A stretch of DNA of 38,694 bases, taken from IMG/VR virus record IMGVR_UViG_3300036945_000388, one strand, 5' to 3'. The translations under genes were made by a program, and so were the position numbers. The notes under the pieces are model-generated. The model searched no databases. It was not told where the DNA came from and saw only the letters and a list, made by a program, of their open reading frames with translations. This DNA is from a virus. This document shows positions 7,830-16,102 of the stretch, one piece after another (the first letter of the stretch is position 1; each line of letters begins with the position of its first letter).

Positions 7830-8731
7830 TAGCTTACTGCAGCGTAGATACTAGTCACCACAAATGCAAGCGCGGCGGCAGGGTTTGGTAGCGCCGTGGT
7901 CAGGCCGGTTGTGCTTGACCCAAAGATGATGGGCGCAACAGCCGCCAACTGACCACCCGTTCTCGCCGTTCCGCCTTTAATTGTCGGGAGGGTTGTGGCG
8001 GTCATAAAGTAGCCGATGTAATAAGCGCCGCTCACTTGAACGCGATACGGTGAAGTCATTGCCAGCGTCTTGACGGTGTTGGCAGGCCATGCCGTTGTAG
8101 TCTGGTTTGCAGACTGTGCCAGCAAGTTCCGGTTGCCGTCATACAGCGCAAAGAAATAGTTTGTTGGCGTACCAGCAGCAGTAGTTGCGCTACATAGTGT
8201 GATTTTAGAAATCAACTGGCCAGCAGTCAGGTAGATAAGCTGCATATTTAGTACGCCGGAGCCAGCTACCGAAGTGTTAACTTCTGGGCAAATCTCACGC
8301 GGCATACTTTCAGCCAGTGTTCCACTTATACCTAAGTTTGCATTATTTGGCGCTTGATAGGTATATTCTGCCAGTGTAGCTGAACGGTGAACCCAAGAAC
8401 CATTCTCATTCATGTTGAGATGCTCGTCAGGAAGCAGGGTGCAGTTCACCAAATCAACGTTTGTCGTGCCATCAAAGTGCTGCACAGTTACAGTCGTAGA
8501 CACAGTTGCGCTGGCGTTGTGAATATAGATCGCCTTGATGTTGCGCTGGGTAGACGCAGCAGGAGAGCCAGCAATGGTCGTGGTCGTGGCGGAAGTAATC
8601 GGCGGTGTATTTGTGCGCCCCGGCGTTACCGTTGTGCCGTTAATGTCCACATAAGACACATGCGCGTCAACGTCAGCCGCGCTGCCTGTGACGACGCGGA
8701 TAATGTCAGAAGTCGAAGTTAAAAGCAGCAT
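7829..8731 (-). CDS. Hypothetical protein, 300 aa (Thr/Ser/Ala-rich, beta-rich; probably structural)
   Basis: Long ORF tightly packed in the head-gene operon. I recognise no motif. Confidence 0.75.
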   Translation of the reverse strand: MLLLTSTSDIIRVVTGSAADVDAHVSYVDINGTTVTPGRTNTPPITSATTTTIAGSPAASTQRNIKAIYIHNASATVSTTVTVQHFDGTTNVDLVNCTLLPDEHLNMNENGSWVHRSATLAEYTYQAPNNANLGISGTLAESMPREICPEVNTSVAGSGVLNMQLIYLTAGQLISKITLCSATTAAGTPTNYFFALYDGNRNLLAQSANQTTTAWPANTVKTLAMTSPYRVQVSGAYYIGYFMTATTLPTIKGGTARTGGQLAAVAPIIFGSSTTGLTTALPNPAAALAFVVTSIYAAVS

Positions 8732-8740
8732 AAAGTAGCC

Positions 8741-9142
8741 TTAAAGTTGGAATATACCCGAAACGTTCCAAGTAACCGTAATGTCACCGCCATTTGGCGT
8801 TACTGGCAATCCGGTTACGCCAGTATCAATAAACGCTACAAGACGCGATGTGCCAGCAGTGCCAGTGTCAATGTAAATGACCAATGCTTCAGCCGAGTTG
8901 CCCGTAACCGCAGTGTAAGTAACGTTGTCACCATCAAATAGACCGTTGGTCACAGTAGTTGCAGCAATGGTCTGCGCCGTACCAACAACGCCCGTGAGCG
9001 AGGTGAGGAACTGGTGAGCAGCCGAATAGGTGTAGGTTCCCGTATCAACCAAGGCAACTTTTACAGTAAGATCGTTAAGATCGATGTTGGCATCACCATC
9101 AAGCAAGGCTTGCTTGTAAAGTGGGTATATTGCGTTAGCCAT
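8741..9142 (-). CDS. Hypothetical protein, 133 aa, distant paralogue of 9152..9553
   Basis: Same length as its neighbour and a shared pattern: YK..LL.G near the N-terminus, AL(V/Y), a mid-protein F/YxDxD, and a C-terminal NG..I.V......GI..L. Confidence 0.7.
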   Translation of the reverse strand: MANAIYPLYKQALLDGDANIDLNDLTVKVALVDTGTYTYSAAHQFLTSLTGVVGTAQTIAATTVTNGLFDGDNVTYTAVTGNSAEALVIYIDTGTAGTSRLVAFIDTGVTGLPVTPNGGDITVTWNVSGIFQL

Positions 9143-9151
9143 TCTTCAGCC

Positions 9152-9553
9152 TCATTTTAAGCGGACTATTCCGCGTGGGGACTCTACCTCAATCTTGCCG
9201 TTCCGTGCGGTGAGCGTTTCACCAAAGTTGAACACAGCAACTGACCGATTTTCTTTGGATGCGTTATATATCAAACATCCATCAACTGCAACTGTCAACC
9301 GAGCGTACACCACTGGATCGAAGTCAATATAAAACTCAGGTCCGTTGCTCTCGACCCGCATATTGGGGATCGGGATGCCACCAGCCTCATAACCTTCGCC
9401 TATAGCCTCGTTGCTGTCGCTATAAGCTGTGGTCGCGGCAGACAGACGCGCACCGTCAACATACAGCGCCATGCGATAGTCGTCAGTGATCGCGTGAAGC
9501 CCCATCAGGAGTTCCCGTTTGTAGGATTCACAAAGGGCTGTGACTATTGCCAT
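9152..9553 (-). CDS. Hypothetical protein, 133 aa, distant paralogue of 8741..9142
   Basis: Starts 1 nt after the portal stop. Contains GEGYEAGG and FDPVVYARLT motifs. Function unknown. Confidence 0.7.
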   Translation of the reverse strand: MAIVTALCESYKRELLMGLHAITDDYRMALYVDGARLSAATTAYSDSNEAIGEGYEAGGIPIPNMRVESNGPEFYIDFDPVVYARLTVAVDGCLIYNASKENRSVAVFNFGETLTARNGKIEVESPRGIVRLK

Positions 9554-9554
9554 A

Positions 9555-11174
9555 TTATTCCTCGTTAGCCTCTACGCCTACGACAACGCCCTTTTCGTCA
9601 CGCACCAACTTGACGGAGCGTTTCTTCTGTGGCTGTTCTTGCTTGATATTGACGACAACCTCTTGTCGGCGAGGTACTGGCTCGTCCTCATCATCCGCGT
9701 CATTATCGTCCTCAACCTCAACACCCTTAGTAGCCTCATTCCCGCCGAACGGGAAGAAGGCCAGTTCAAGGCCAAAGGTATCAGCCATTTCTTTATCACG
9801 CTGCCACTGGCTGAATGTCTCTTCAACATCGCGGCCATACTGACCAGCAACATCCTGCATGGACATAACACCATTGTGCATCGCAGTAACCGCTGCGTTG
9901 ATTTCCTTCTGTGGATCGACCCACTGCCAACCACGGGGGCGGAAACTTGAAGCGGACGAGAACTTGTTAAAGCGCGATGCTGGAATTGGAATAAAACCAA
10001 ACTCCATAACGTGCATAAGCCAAGCATTGTATGCTGGGATGATGAAATGTTCCATTAGGAACTGCTGCATCATTTTGTAAGAGTCGCGCTCCTCCAATGC
10101 ACCCTGACGGATGGAACTGTAAGAAGTGCCTTCAAGATCGTTCGACAACGCAGCGTAAGATACGCCAAGGCCAGATGCTATCCCGCGAATAATGCCCTTC
10201 TGGAAATCGCTGAATGCAGTTGCCGGATGCGATGGGTCGAACGGCTTAAAGTCAACGCCGTTAGGCAACTGGTGGAAAGTGCCGGGTTCAGCATCGATGA
10301 TCGGGACGGTGTTGTCGTAATCGTCGGCTGGGGCATCCTCGCCAGTATCTGAGGTAAAGAAGCCCATCTTAGACGCAGCCATACGCGATGCTACTAACTC
10401 AGCCTCACGGTGAGCGTTGAGCATCTTCAACTGGCTTATTGCTGGTGACATCCAAGGCTCACCGCGTGTCTGACCCGCACGGATGGGGTCGTAAACGTGG
10501 ATGATATTCTTCGCGTCAATGCGGTTAGACGAATTGATAGAGATGGACGAAAACTCAGAATCACCAGGGTGACGCTTCTTCACCCAATAGGCAACAGGAC
10601 GCTGGAACTCATCGACCTCAACGCCCATGCGGATTTCGCGTCCATTGCGCAGCTTCTCATTCTTCTGCTCATCAATCTGGTCAGATTCGATAGGGTGGAA
10701 TGCAATACCGTGAATAAATACACGGTTAGGCACGATCTGAATAATCGCCTCGCCATCACGCGCAGCCGCTTCTATCACATATTTCTGAAGATCGATCCAG
10801 CTTAGGCGACCATCTGCTGTGCAGTTGCCTTTAAGGGCAAACTGGGCAAAGGCGTCTTCAATAATCTGGTTGCCAATGGAATCCAGCGACCCGTTTGTGT
10901 TCCGCGCCTTGACTTGCAGGGTCATGCCTTTGTCGCCAACCACGTTGGTCTTCAGCAAGTTTAGGAACCGCTTAACATAAACATCATTCCGCGCCAATTC
11001 ACGCGAACGGTTGCGCATCAGGACAAGGTCAGGTCGCAGTTCGCTGTCTGGGCTACGGCTAGATGCCATAAAGTCGGCAAAGAGCCGACCCGTGTTCGCA
11101 GCGTGGTATGAACGCTTTGCTACCTTGTTCTGTACCTTTGGGGGCAAACCCAATGCTTCACGCCACAAACTCAT
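9555..11174 (-). CDS. Portal protein, lambda (gpB) family, 539 aa
   Basis: Size, position after terL and W, and N-terminal pattern (RSYHAANTGRLFADFMASSRSPDSELRPDLVLMRNRSRELARNDVYVKRF...NVVGDKG) are typical of lambda-type portals. Acidic C-terminal tail. Confidence 0.85.
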   Translation of the reverse strand: MSLWREALGLPPKVQNKVAKRSYHAANTGRLFADFMASSRSPDSELRPDLVLMRNRSRELARNDVYVKRFLNLLKTNVVGDKGMTLQVKARNTNGSLDSIGNQIIEDAFAQFALKGNCTADGRLSWIDLQKYVIEAAARDGEAIIQIVPNRVFIHGIAFHPIESDQIDEQKNEKLRNGREIRMGVEVDEFQRPVAYWVKKRHPGDSEFSSISINSSNRIDAKNIIHVYDPIRAGQTRGEPWMSPAISQLKMLNAHREAELVASRMAASKMGFFTSDTGEDAPADDYDNTVPIIDAEPGTFHQLPNGVDFKPFDPSHPATAFSDFQKGIIRGIASGLGVSYAALSNDLEGTSYSSIRQGALEERDSYKMMQQFLMEHFIIPAYNAWLMHVMEFGFIPIPASRFNKFSSASSFRPRGWQWVDPQKEINAAVTAMHNGVMSMQDVAGQYGRDVEETFSQWQRDKEMADTFGLELAFFPFGGNEATKGVEVEDDNDADDEDEPVPRRQEVVVNIKQEQPQKKRSVKLVRDEKGVVVGVEANEE

Positions 11175-11758
11175 AGGAAACGTACCTTCATCGTGGTCTT
11201 AGTCGGCTTTCCAAGAGCAATGGCGTTATCGCGCCGCTCCTTTAAAACTTCCTTGCGATAATAATCACGCCATTGCAGTAAATCCACAATGGACATTTTG
11301 GCAATAGAGCGACCCTGAATAGAATAGGAAGACACATCCTTGTCAGCGCGACCCTGCAACAAGGACTCAATCTTATCCAGCATAATCTCAGCATGGGTGC
11401 GTGGATCAGCGCCGTTTACATCTAAGTCCTGAATGGCCTCAAACTCGCCGCGCTCAACCACAATGCGATTGTTCGTTGACGTTTGGACTATCTCAAGTTG
11501 CCAATGATAGAAGCCGGGTTCAAACGCAGCGGATGTGGCGCTACTGGCCGTAAACAAATAATAGCCAGTTCTTTCAACGGCTGGTAATTGTATCTCACTA
11601 GAGCCGCCACCAGTAACCCGCGCAACATAGTTGGCAGAGTAAAGTGCAGGAGGATATGTCTCTGCAAGAGCCGTCTTTTTCCACTGAATAAAATCGCCAA
11701 CTACGATTTTCAGTGGTTCGCCCTCTGGTGCTTCGTTCTCGTCAAAAAGATTAGCCAT
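11171..11758 (-). CDS. gpW-like head-tail joining protein with N-terminal extension (195 aa)
   Basis: Occupies the lambda W slot between terL and portal. The C-terminal ~70 aa (DPRTHAEIMLDKIESLLQGRA..SYSIQGRSIAKMSIVDLLQWRDYY) look gpW-like. The N-terminal ~120 aa are extra. Confidence 0.55.
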   Translation of the reverse strand: MANLFDENEAPEGEPLKIVVGDFIQWKKTALAETYPPALYSANYVARVTGGGSSEIQLPAVERTGYYLFTASSATSAAFEPGFYHWQLEIVQTSTNNRIVVERGEFEAIQDLDVNGADPRTHAEIMLDKIESLLQGRADKDVSSYSIQGRSIAKMSIVDLLQWRDYYRKEVLKERRDNAIALGKPTKTTMKVRFL

Positions 11759-11764
11759 TATCCC

Positions 11765-13621
11765 TCAGCGCCAGTTGTTAGCAAAGCCACCCCTGCGGAC
11801 GGCTTTTTTACCACCCGCTAAAGGATGGGGTTTATCAGCTTCTTCCGCATTTGGCAATTTATGCTTTTCCATGTTAGCATAAAACTTACGGGCCACGCTA
11901 TCCATATTTACATTTAGGATCGTAAGTGCCGCAATTGCGTACACTCTAACGTCCAAAGCCTCGTTTCGTGTTCGCGTTTTAACCCAGACCCGCGACGGGA
12001 AACCCTTGTGATATCGGATCATCTGCTTTTCGGCAGTCAACTGCTTAAAGTATTCATCATCCCGCTTGGCTGGGAAGTGACAGTAGCCTGGGCCAGCCTC
12101 ATCCATCTTCAGGCGCGAGTAATGCACTTCCTTCGCAGTATCAACGCCAATAGGATACAGCGGAACCCTGCCGATGTTGTTCTTGGACGGACGCCCGACA
12201 ATCGGCTTGCCCTCGCCGCCAACACCCTTAATGGCGAACACTCTGTGTCCAGCCCTAGTCTTGGCATAGTTGTAAACGGCCCTTGTGTGGTGTCCGCCAG
12301 TATCGATACAGGTGGCGCGGACAAGCATAGGCTCACCGCACGGGTGCTCATAGGTCGCCAGCAAGACCTCATCGACCTTGTGCCATAGCTGTGTGGTGGA
12401 CGGATCGCCATAAATCACATGGTAATCGACTTGCCAACTTTCTTCGCCAGCGCCCCAGCCCACAATCTCCACTTCGACGCGGTCATCCTGAACGTCGGCT
12501 CCAGCCGTGAGCAGCACCACCTCATCAGGGATGCCTTCGTAATCTTCCTTGCGCTGGGCAACCGCATAATCATCGACACCCTCGCCAGCATCCTCCCATG
12601 TCTCGCCAAGGAAGGTATTAACAAAGGTTTTGAGCCGCATTGGGTTCTTTCGAGCCGCTAAAAACTCTTCGATGGCGTCAGATAGCACCGACCAGGGCGA
12701 GTAAAGTGCATTGAGATGGAACCCTGCCACACCATTAAACGGCGCATTCGCCACCCACTCGCCATTACGAACTGCCCTATGCCGATCCGTATCAGACCAA
12801 GTCACGCCACATTTATCGCAGTGATACTCACCAGTGCTGGGGTTATCATCCCGCCAAGTCACATTCGACCACGCCAAGACCTGTTTGTGGCCGCACTCAT
12901 GGCACGGAACCATGAACTTGCGCTGGTCGCTTTCCATATATGCGGACTCGATCCGGCTCCCACCCTTATTTGTAGGCGTGGATACTAGAATGATCTTCCT
13001 GTTCCAGAAGGTAGCTGCTCTTCGTTTGGCAAGAGAAATAGGGTCACCTTCTTCACCAGCAGAAGGAGGATATCGATCAACTTCATCGCAAAGAACAACA
13101 CGAATCGGGCGAGAAGCAAGGGAACTAGGAGAATTAGCGCCGACAAGAGATAGAGCGCCACCAGGGAATACTTTATGGAGCGTAGTGTTGTTTGCATCTT
13201 TAGCCTTACTGTCTTTGACCTTGTCCCGAAGGCAAGGGGTTGAACGGAGAAGACCCGCAGTTACGCGGTCCTTCGAGAATGACTGCGCCATGTCCACGGT
13301 GGGCTGCATCATTAGAATTGGCGCAGGATCGTGAGCCATGTGGTAGCCAATGGTGTTCAGCAGCATCTCAGACTTGCCAAGCTGCGCACCGCACATCACC
13401 ACAACTTCTTTAACAAGGGGGTCGGAGCAAGCGTCCATGATCCCGCGCTGATACTCAGCCCTCGCCGTGACCCATCGACCAGGCTCCGAACTGCTCTGCG
13501 AGTCCAGCCGCCGTTCATGGTCGGCCCACTGCGCCACACTCATGCGCGGAGGCGGCGTCATCTGGTGCATGGCCTTCGCCATTAACTCTAGTGCGGCCTG
13601 TCTGGTGGCTTGTTCGATCAT
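11765..13621 (-). CDS. terL: Terminase large subunit, lambda GpA family, 618 aa
   Basis: Pattern SVAQWADHERRL...EPGRW....AEYQRGIMDA, Walker A-like VMCGAQLGKSE, Walker B-like VVLCDEVDRY, and Cys-rich CHECGH...CDKCG. ATGA overlap with terS. Confidence 0.9.
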   Translation of the reverse strand: MIEQATRQAALELMAKAMHQMTPPPRMSVAQWADHERRLDSQSSSEPGRWVTARAEYQRGIMDACSDPLVKEVVVMCGAQLGKSEMLLNTIGYHMAHDPAPILMMQPTVDMAQSFSKDRVTAGLLRSTPCLRDKVKDSKAKDANNTTLHKVFPGGALSLVGANSPSSLASRPIRVVLCDEVDRYPPSAGEEGDPISLAKRRAATFWNRKIILVSTPTNKGGSRIESAYMESDQRKFMVPCHECGHKQVLAWSNVTWRDDNPSTGEYHCDKCGVTWSDTDRHRAVRNGEWVANAPFNGVAGFHLNALYSPWSVLSDAIEEFLAARKNPMRLKTFVNTFLGETWEDAGEGVDDYAVAQRKEDYEGIPDEVVLLTAGADVQDDRVEVEIVGWGAGEESWQVDYHVIYGDPSTTQLWHKVDEVLLATYEHPCGEPMLVRATCIDTGGHHTRAVYNYAKTRAGHRVFAIKGVGGEGKPIVGRPSKNNIGRVPLYPIGVDTAKEVHYSRLKMDEAGPGYCHFPAKRDDEYFKQLTAEKQMIRYHKGFPSRVWVKTRTRNEALDVRVYAIAALTILNVNMDSVARKFYANMEKHKLPNAEEADKPHPLAGGKKAVRRGGFANNWR

Positions 13622-14055
13622 ACGATTATCGTTCGACCCTTCTTGGGGCGACCAACCTTGCGTTTGGGCTGCTCGACAACCGCCGTTTCCTCTGTGGCCT
13701 CCTGCGCCACCGATCCGGTGCGGACAGGGTCGATGCTTGGCTGGTAGTTGGACAATTCCGTCAGAGCCTCGCGAATCGCGTTCTCTAAGTAGTCCTTGGC
13801 TACAACAACATCTGTCTCTGTGGCTAAAATTGGCGCGACTTTAGTAGGCAGGGCCAGAAACTTGGCCTTACAGGCGTGAAGGACGCTTTCCCAAGCTGCC
13901 ACCACATCGTTGGTCATGCAAAGAGTGCCGCGAATTTTGGCGAGTTCCAGTTCTGCGATTTCGGCTTCGGCATTTACCTTGCGCGTCCGTGCCTCGTCAT
14001 AGGATGAGCCGATCAGAATCCCACCAGTAGTAGGTTTACGCTGCTGTGCTGTCAC
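13618..14055 (-). CDS. terS: Terminase small subunit candidate (145 aa, GTG start)
   Basis: Immediately upstream of terL and translationally coupled to it. Coiled segment ARTRKVNAEAEIAELELAKIRGTL resembles Nu1-type small terminases. AGGAA lies 6 nt before the GTG. Confidence 0.65.
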   Translation of the reverse strand: MTAQQRKPTTGGILIGSSYDEARTRKVNAEAEIAELELAKIRGTLCMTNDVVAAWESVLHACKAKFLALPTKVAPILATETDVVVAKDYLENAIREALTELSNYQPSIDPVRTGSVAQEATEETAVVEQPKRKVGRPKKGRTIIV

Positions 14056-14444
14056 AATGGTTCCTAAATTCGTATGAAAATATCATTTCAGTTTCAGTTT
14101 AAAACAGGTTTTATGGATGCGTTTTGACATTGTGACATCAGGGCCACGGCCTGTCTAGCCCAAATCTGCGCAACAATATTTCAACAATAGGTTTGGAAAT
14201 TGCTCTCTCTGCAAATCGTTTGGGCTCCTAATCACCCGCAGGGGCCATCCTCCCCATAGGACCCGCTTTCAGACGGGCTATAATAGGGCCATAGACGCCC
14301 GTAAACGGGCTATATGGCGTCAATCCGCTTGCCCCTGCCACCCTACTAGCTAGGCGCAATGGCATGGCCTGAAACGGCTTTAAAATGGCCCTATGCATAA
14401 ACGCCAAATGCCAGCGCAAGGGCTGGCATGGCCTATTCAATAGG
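14056..14444. promoter_or_regulatory. Non-coding repeat/hairpin-rich region upstream of terS: candidate cos/pac site and late promoter
   Basis: About 390 bp with no credible ORF. Contains direct repeats ACGGGCTATA (14273, 14305), CAGTTTCAGTTT, TGACAT x2, hairpin ATGCCAG-N8-CTGGCAT, and GCGCAACAATATT (14168-14180), which is related to the 16262-16423 array motif. Confidence 0.5.
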
Positions 14445-14470
14445 CAAAAAAATAGGGGCCACTGGCCCCT
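14445..14470 (-). terminator. Rho-independent terminator ending the leftward early/accessory operon
   Basis: Minus strand reads AGGGGCC-AGT-GGCCCCT (7-bp GC stem, 14454-14470) followed by ATTTTTTTG (A-run 14446-14452 on the plus strand). It lies 24 nt after the stop at 14494. Confidence 0.8.
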
Positions 14471-14493
14471 AGTTTCGTTTCGATAGTGTTAAC

Positions 14494-14646
14494 CTATATC
14501 ATTGCCATTAGTCGCTCTAACGTAGGCGTTAGCCGCCTACTCCCCGCTTCAAGCCGCCCTATATGCCGGGGACTAATCCCTAACAGAAACGCGGCTTGTT
14601 CTTGGGTGAGGGCGCGAGCTTGCCGCCATGCTTTAACCGTTACCAT
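14494..14646 (-). CDS. XRE/Cro-family HTH protein (50 aa), below the ORF-track cutoff
   Basis: Manual translation: MVTVKAWRQARALTQEQAAFLLGISPRHIGRLEAGSRRLTPTLERLMAMI, a classic HTH_XRE pattern. Its ATG overlaps the upstream stop (ATGGTAA). Confidence 0.7.
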   Translation of the reverse strand: MVTVKAWRQARALTQEQAAFLLGISPRHIGRLEAGSRRLTPTLERLMAMI

Positions 14647-14813
14647 TGGTCCCGGTCCCTATAGCCGCAACGCTTAACTTTAACCCCTTCATATACCATG
14701 CCGCGCTTGATAAAATCAAAGCGCCATTTGGCTTGCGCTTGTCTAAGGTTAGGCCATGCCAGTTTCTGACCGTCCTCTAATATAACCCAAGCTATCCAGT
14801 TGTTACTAGTCAT
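14640..14813 (-). CDS. Hypothetical protein (57 aa), below the ORF-track cutoff
   Basis: Manual translation: MTSNNWIAWVILEDGQKLAWPNLRQAQAKWRFDFIKRGMVYEGVKVKRCGYRDRDQW. Starts 1 nt after the upstream stop and overlaps the downstream HTH gene. Confidence 0.55.
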   Translation of the reverse strand: MTSNNWIAWVILEDGQKLAWPNLRQAQAKWRFDFIKRGMVYEGVKVKRCGYRDRDQW

Positions 14814-14814
14814 A

Positions 14815-15513
14815 TCAATTTACCCCCATTGCAACGGCACTGGCTTTGCGCTTGCTAGTCCCATGCGCGGGAAAGCCAATAATCGAAAGTCGATCGATTT
14901 TTGCGCACAAGCCGCATGTTGTGCAATTGACATTATCAGATAGGACCGCCGGGCAGATTGCGACCTTGCGACCGTTAGGCGTTAGCGTTGCCGTCAATTG
15001 GTCGCTAGGCAGCACCACCACCACCGGGCCTATTTCTAAGTCCGCCAATTGGTCCGCTTCTGCTAAGTTGTCCGCCGATAGGTTAACGGCAAAGCCGCGT
15101 GAATTGGCATAGGCAACGCTATGCGCATTGGCTTCATGTTGTGCGTCAAGATTAACAGACACTGGCTTGTGCGTATATGTGAAGCCGCGCTTGCCTCTGT
15201 TGGCATTTATCAATTGGTGCAATGCCGTTGCGTCTATTGCGTCACCCGTCCCCGGCAAGTCCCCGGCTTGATTGTGCCGCCATAAAGTCCCCTTCGGCAA
15301 CTTAGCAATCTCTGCCATTGCGCTATCCCATGCAATCCCGGCTTTGCGCTCTGTGACTTTGCGCCATAGCAAGGCAAGCGGTCCGCTATCGGCAAAGCAC
15401 CCGTTGTGTTTAAGCGGGCAAGCTTGCGGGCAACTTTCCTCTGACGTTGTAGTGACTGGCATAGGGCCAGTCTTAGAATTGCGGCTTGTCCGGGTGAATT
15501 GTATCTGATGCAT
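14815..15513 (-). CDS. Cys-rich conserved hypothetical protein, 232 aa (possibly GP88-like; unverified)
   Basis: N-terminal SKTGPMPVTTTSEESCPQACPLKHNGCFADSG and C-terminal CPAV....VNCTTCGLCAK....IGFPAHG cysteine clusters. The family name is recalled from memory only. Confidence 0.7.
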   Translation of the reverse strand: MHQIQFTRTSRNSKTGPMPVTTTSEESCPQACPLKHNGCFADSGPLALLWRKVTERKAGIAWDSAMAEIAKLPKGTLWRHNQAGDLPGTGDAIDATALHQLINANRGKRGFTYTHKPVSVNLDAQHEANAHSVAYANSRGFAVNLSADNLAEADQLADLEIGPVVVVLPSDQLTATLTPNGRKVAICPAVLSDNVNCTTCGLCAKIDRLSIIGFPAHGTSKRKASAVAMGVN

Positions 15514-15541
15514 TATAAAATATCCTTAATGTTAAAAGTTA
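15511..15541 (-). repeat. 31-bp exact repeat, copy 1, spanning a stop-RBS-start gene junction
   Basis: cattataaaatatccttaatgttaaaagtta is identical to 15806..15836. Minus strand reads TAA-cttttaacattAAGGAtattttata-ATG. Confidence 0.95.
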
Positions 15542-15808
15542 AAATATAATCTCTATATCTCCATATTCCCCTTCGAAGGGGACTTCTGTTATAAAATATC
15601 CAAGCCGATTAATTCGCCAAAATCCGCTAACAATAAAAGTTTCCCCGCCCTCATCGCATAAGGTCCAAACAAGATTTTGGCCCCTAGCTTCCCAAACATG
15701 CTTAACTTCATCGCCATAAGTTTCAAACATAGTGCCGTCAAAGCCAGCATGTTCAACTATGTTATTTTGCACCGGCTTATATGTTTCAATCCATTGGTCA
15801 TAGGTCAT
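15539..15808 (-). CDS. Hypothetical protein, 89 aa
   Basis: ORF with an AAGGA RBS inside the 31-bp junction repeat. Contains FETYGDE....VWT..DEGG...IVSGF.RINRLGYFIT. Function unknown. Confidence 0.7.
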   Translation of the reverse strand: MTYDQWIETYKPVQNNIVEHAGFDGTMFETYGDEVKHVWEARGQNLVWTLCDEGGETFIVSGFWRINRLGYFITEVPFEGEYGDIEIIF

Positions 15809-15836
15809 TATAAAATATCCTTAATGTTAAAAGTTA
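15806..15836 (-). repeat. 31-bp exact repeat, copy 2, spanning a stop-RBS-start gene junction
   Basis: Identical to 15511..15541. Confidence 0.95.
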
Positions 15837-15926
15837 TGCAAAAATTAAATATTCAAGCGCCAAAGCCGCCAAAATATAAATGCAAAGCAAGGCAACATGC
15901 GTTGCGGCTAATTTATGCGGGCTCAT
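15834..15926 (-). CDS. Possible 30-aa hydrophobic peptide
   Basis: Manual translation: MSPHKLAATHVALLCIYILAALALEYLIFA. ATGA overlap with the upstream ORF, and its stop lies inside the junction repeat. Very short, so tentative. Confidence 0.35.
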   Translation of the reverse strand: MSPHKLAATHVALLCIYILAALALEYLIFA

Positions 15927-16102
15927 GCAAATTTATCCGCAAGATATTCTAATTCTTCGTCAAGAATATCCATCCGTGAATAATCGTCATCACTTAGCAA
16001 TTGGCGCTGTTTGTCGGTGATATGGGGATATGCATCATATAGGTCGATAATATCACCGTCTGAATTGCGCTTGATTGCATTAAATTGTTTCATAGTAAAC
16101 AT
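15923..16102 (-). CDS. Hypothetical acidic protein (59 aa), below the ORF-track cutoff
   Basis: Manual translation: MFTMKQFNAIKRNSDGDIIDLYDAYPHITDKQRQLLSDDDYSRMDILDEELEYLADKFA. AAGGA lies ~11 nt upstream. Confidence 0.55.
   Translation of the reverse strand: MFTMKQFNAIKRNSDGDIIDLYDAYPHITDKQRQLLSDDDYSRMDILDEELEYLADKFA

Noticed and set aside
14228-14677. Track ORFs 14228..14440 (-) and 14486..14677 (+) in the terS-upstream region
   Set aside because: The first has a TTG start just after a terminator, an Arg/Pro/Ala-rich composition and no RBS. The second is antisense to the clean XRE-HTH ORF. I treat 14056-14444 as non-coding.
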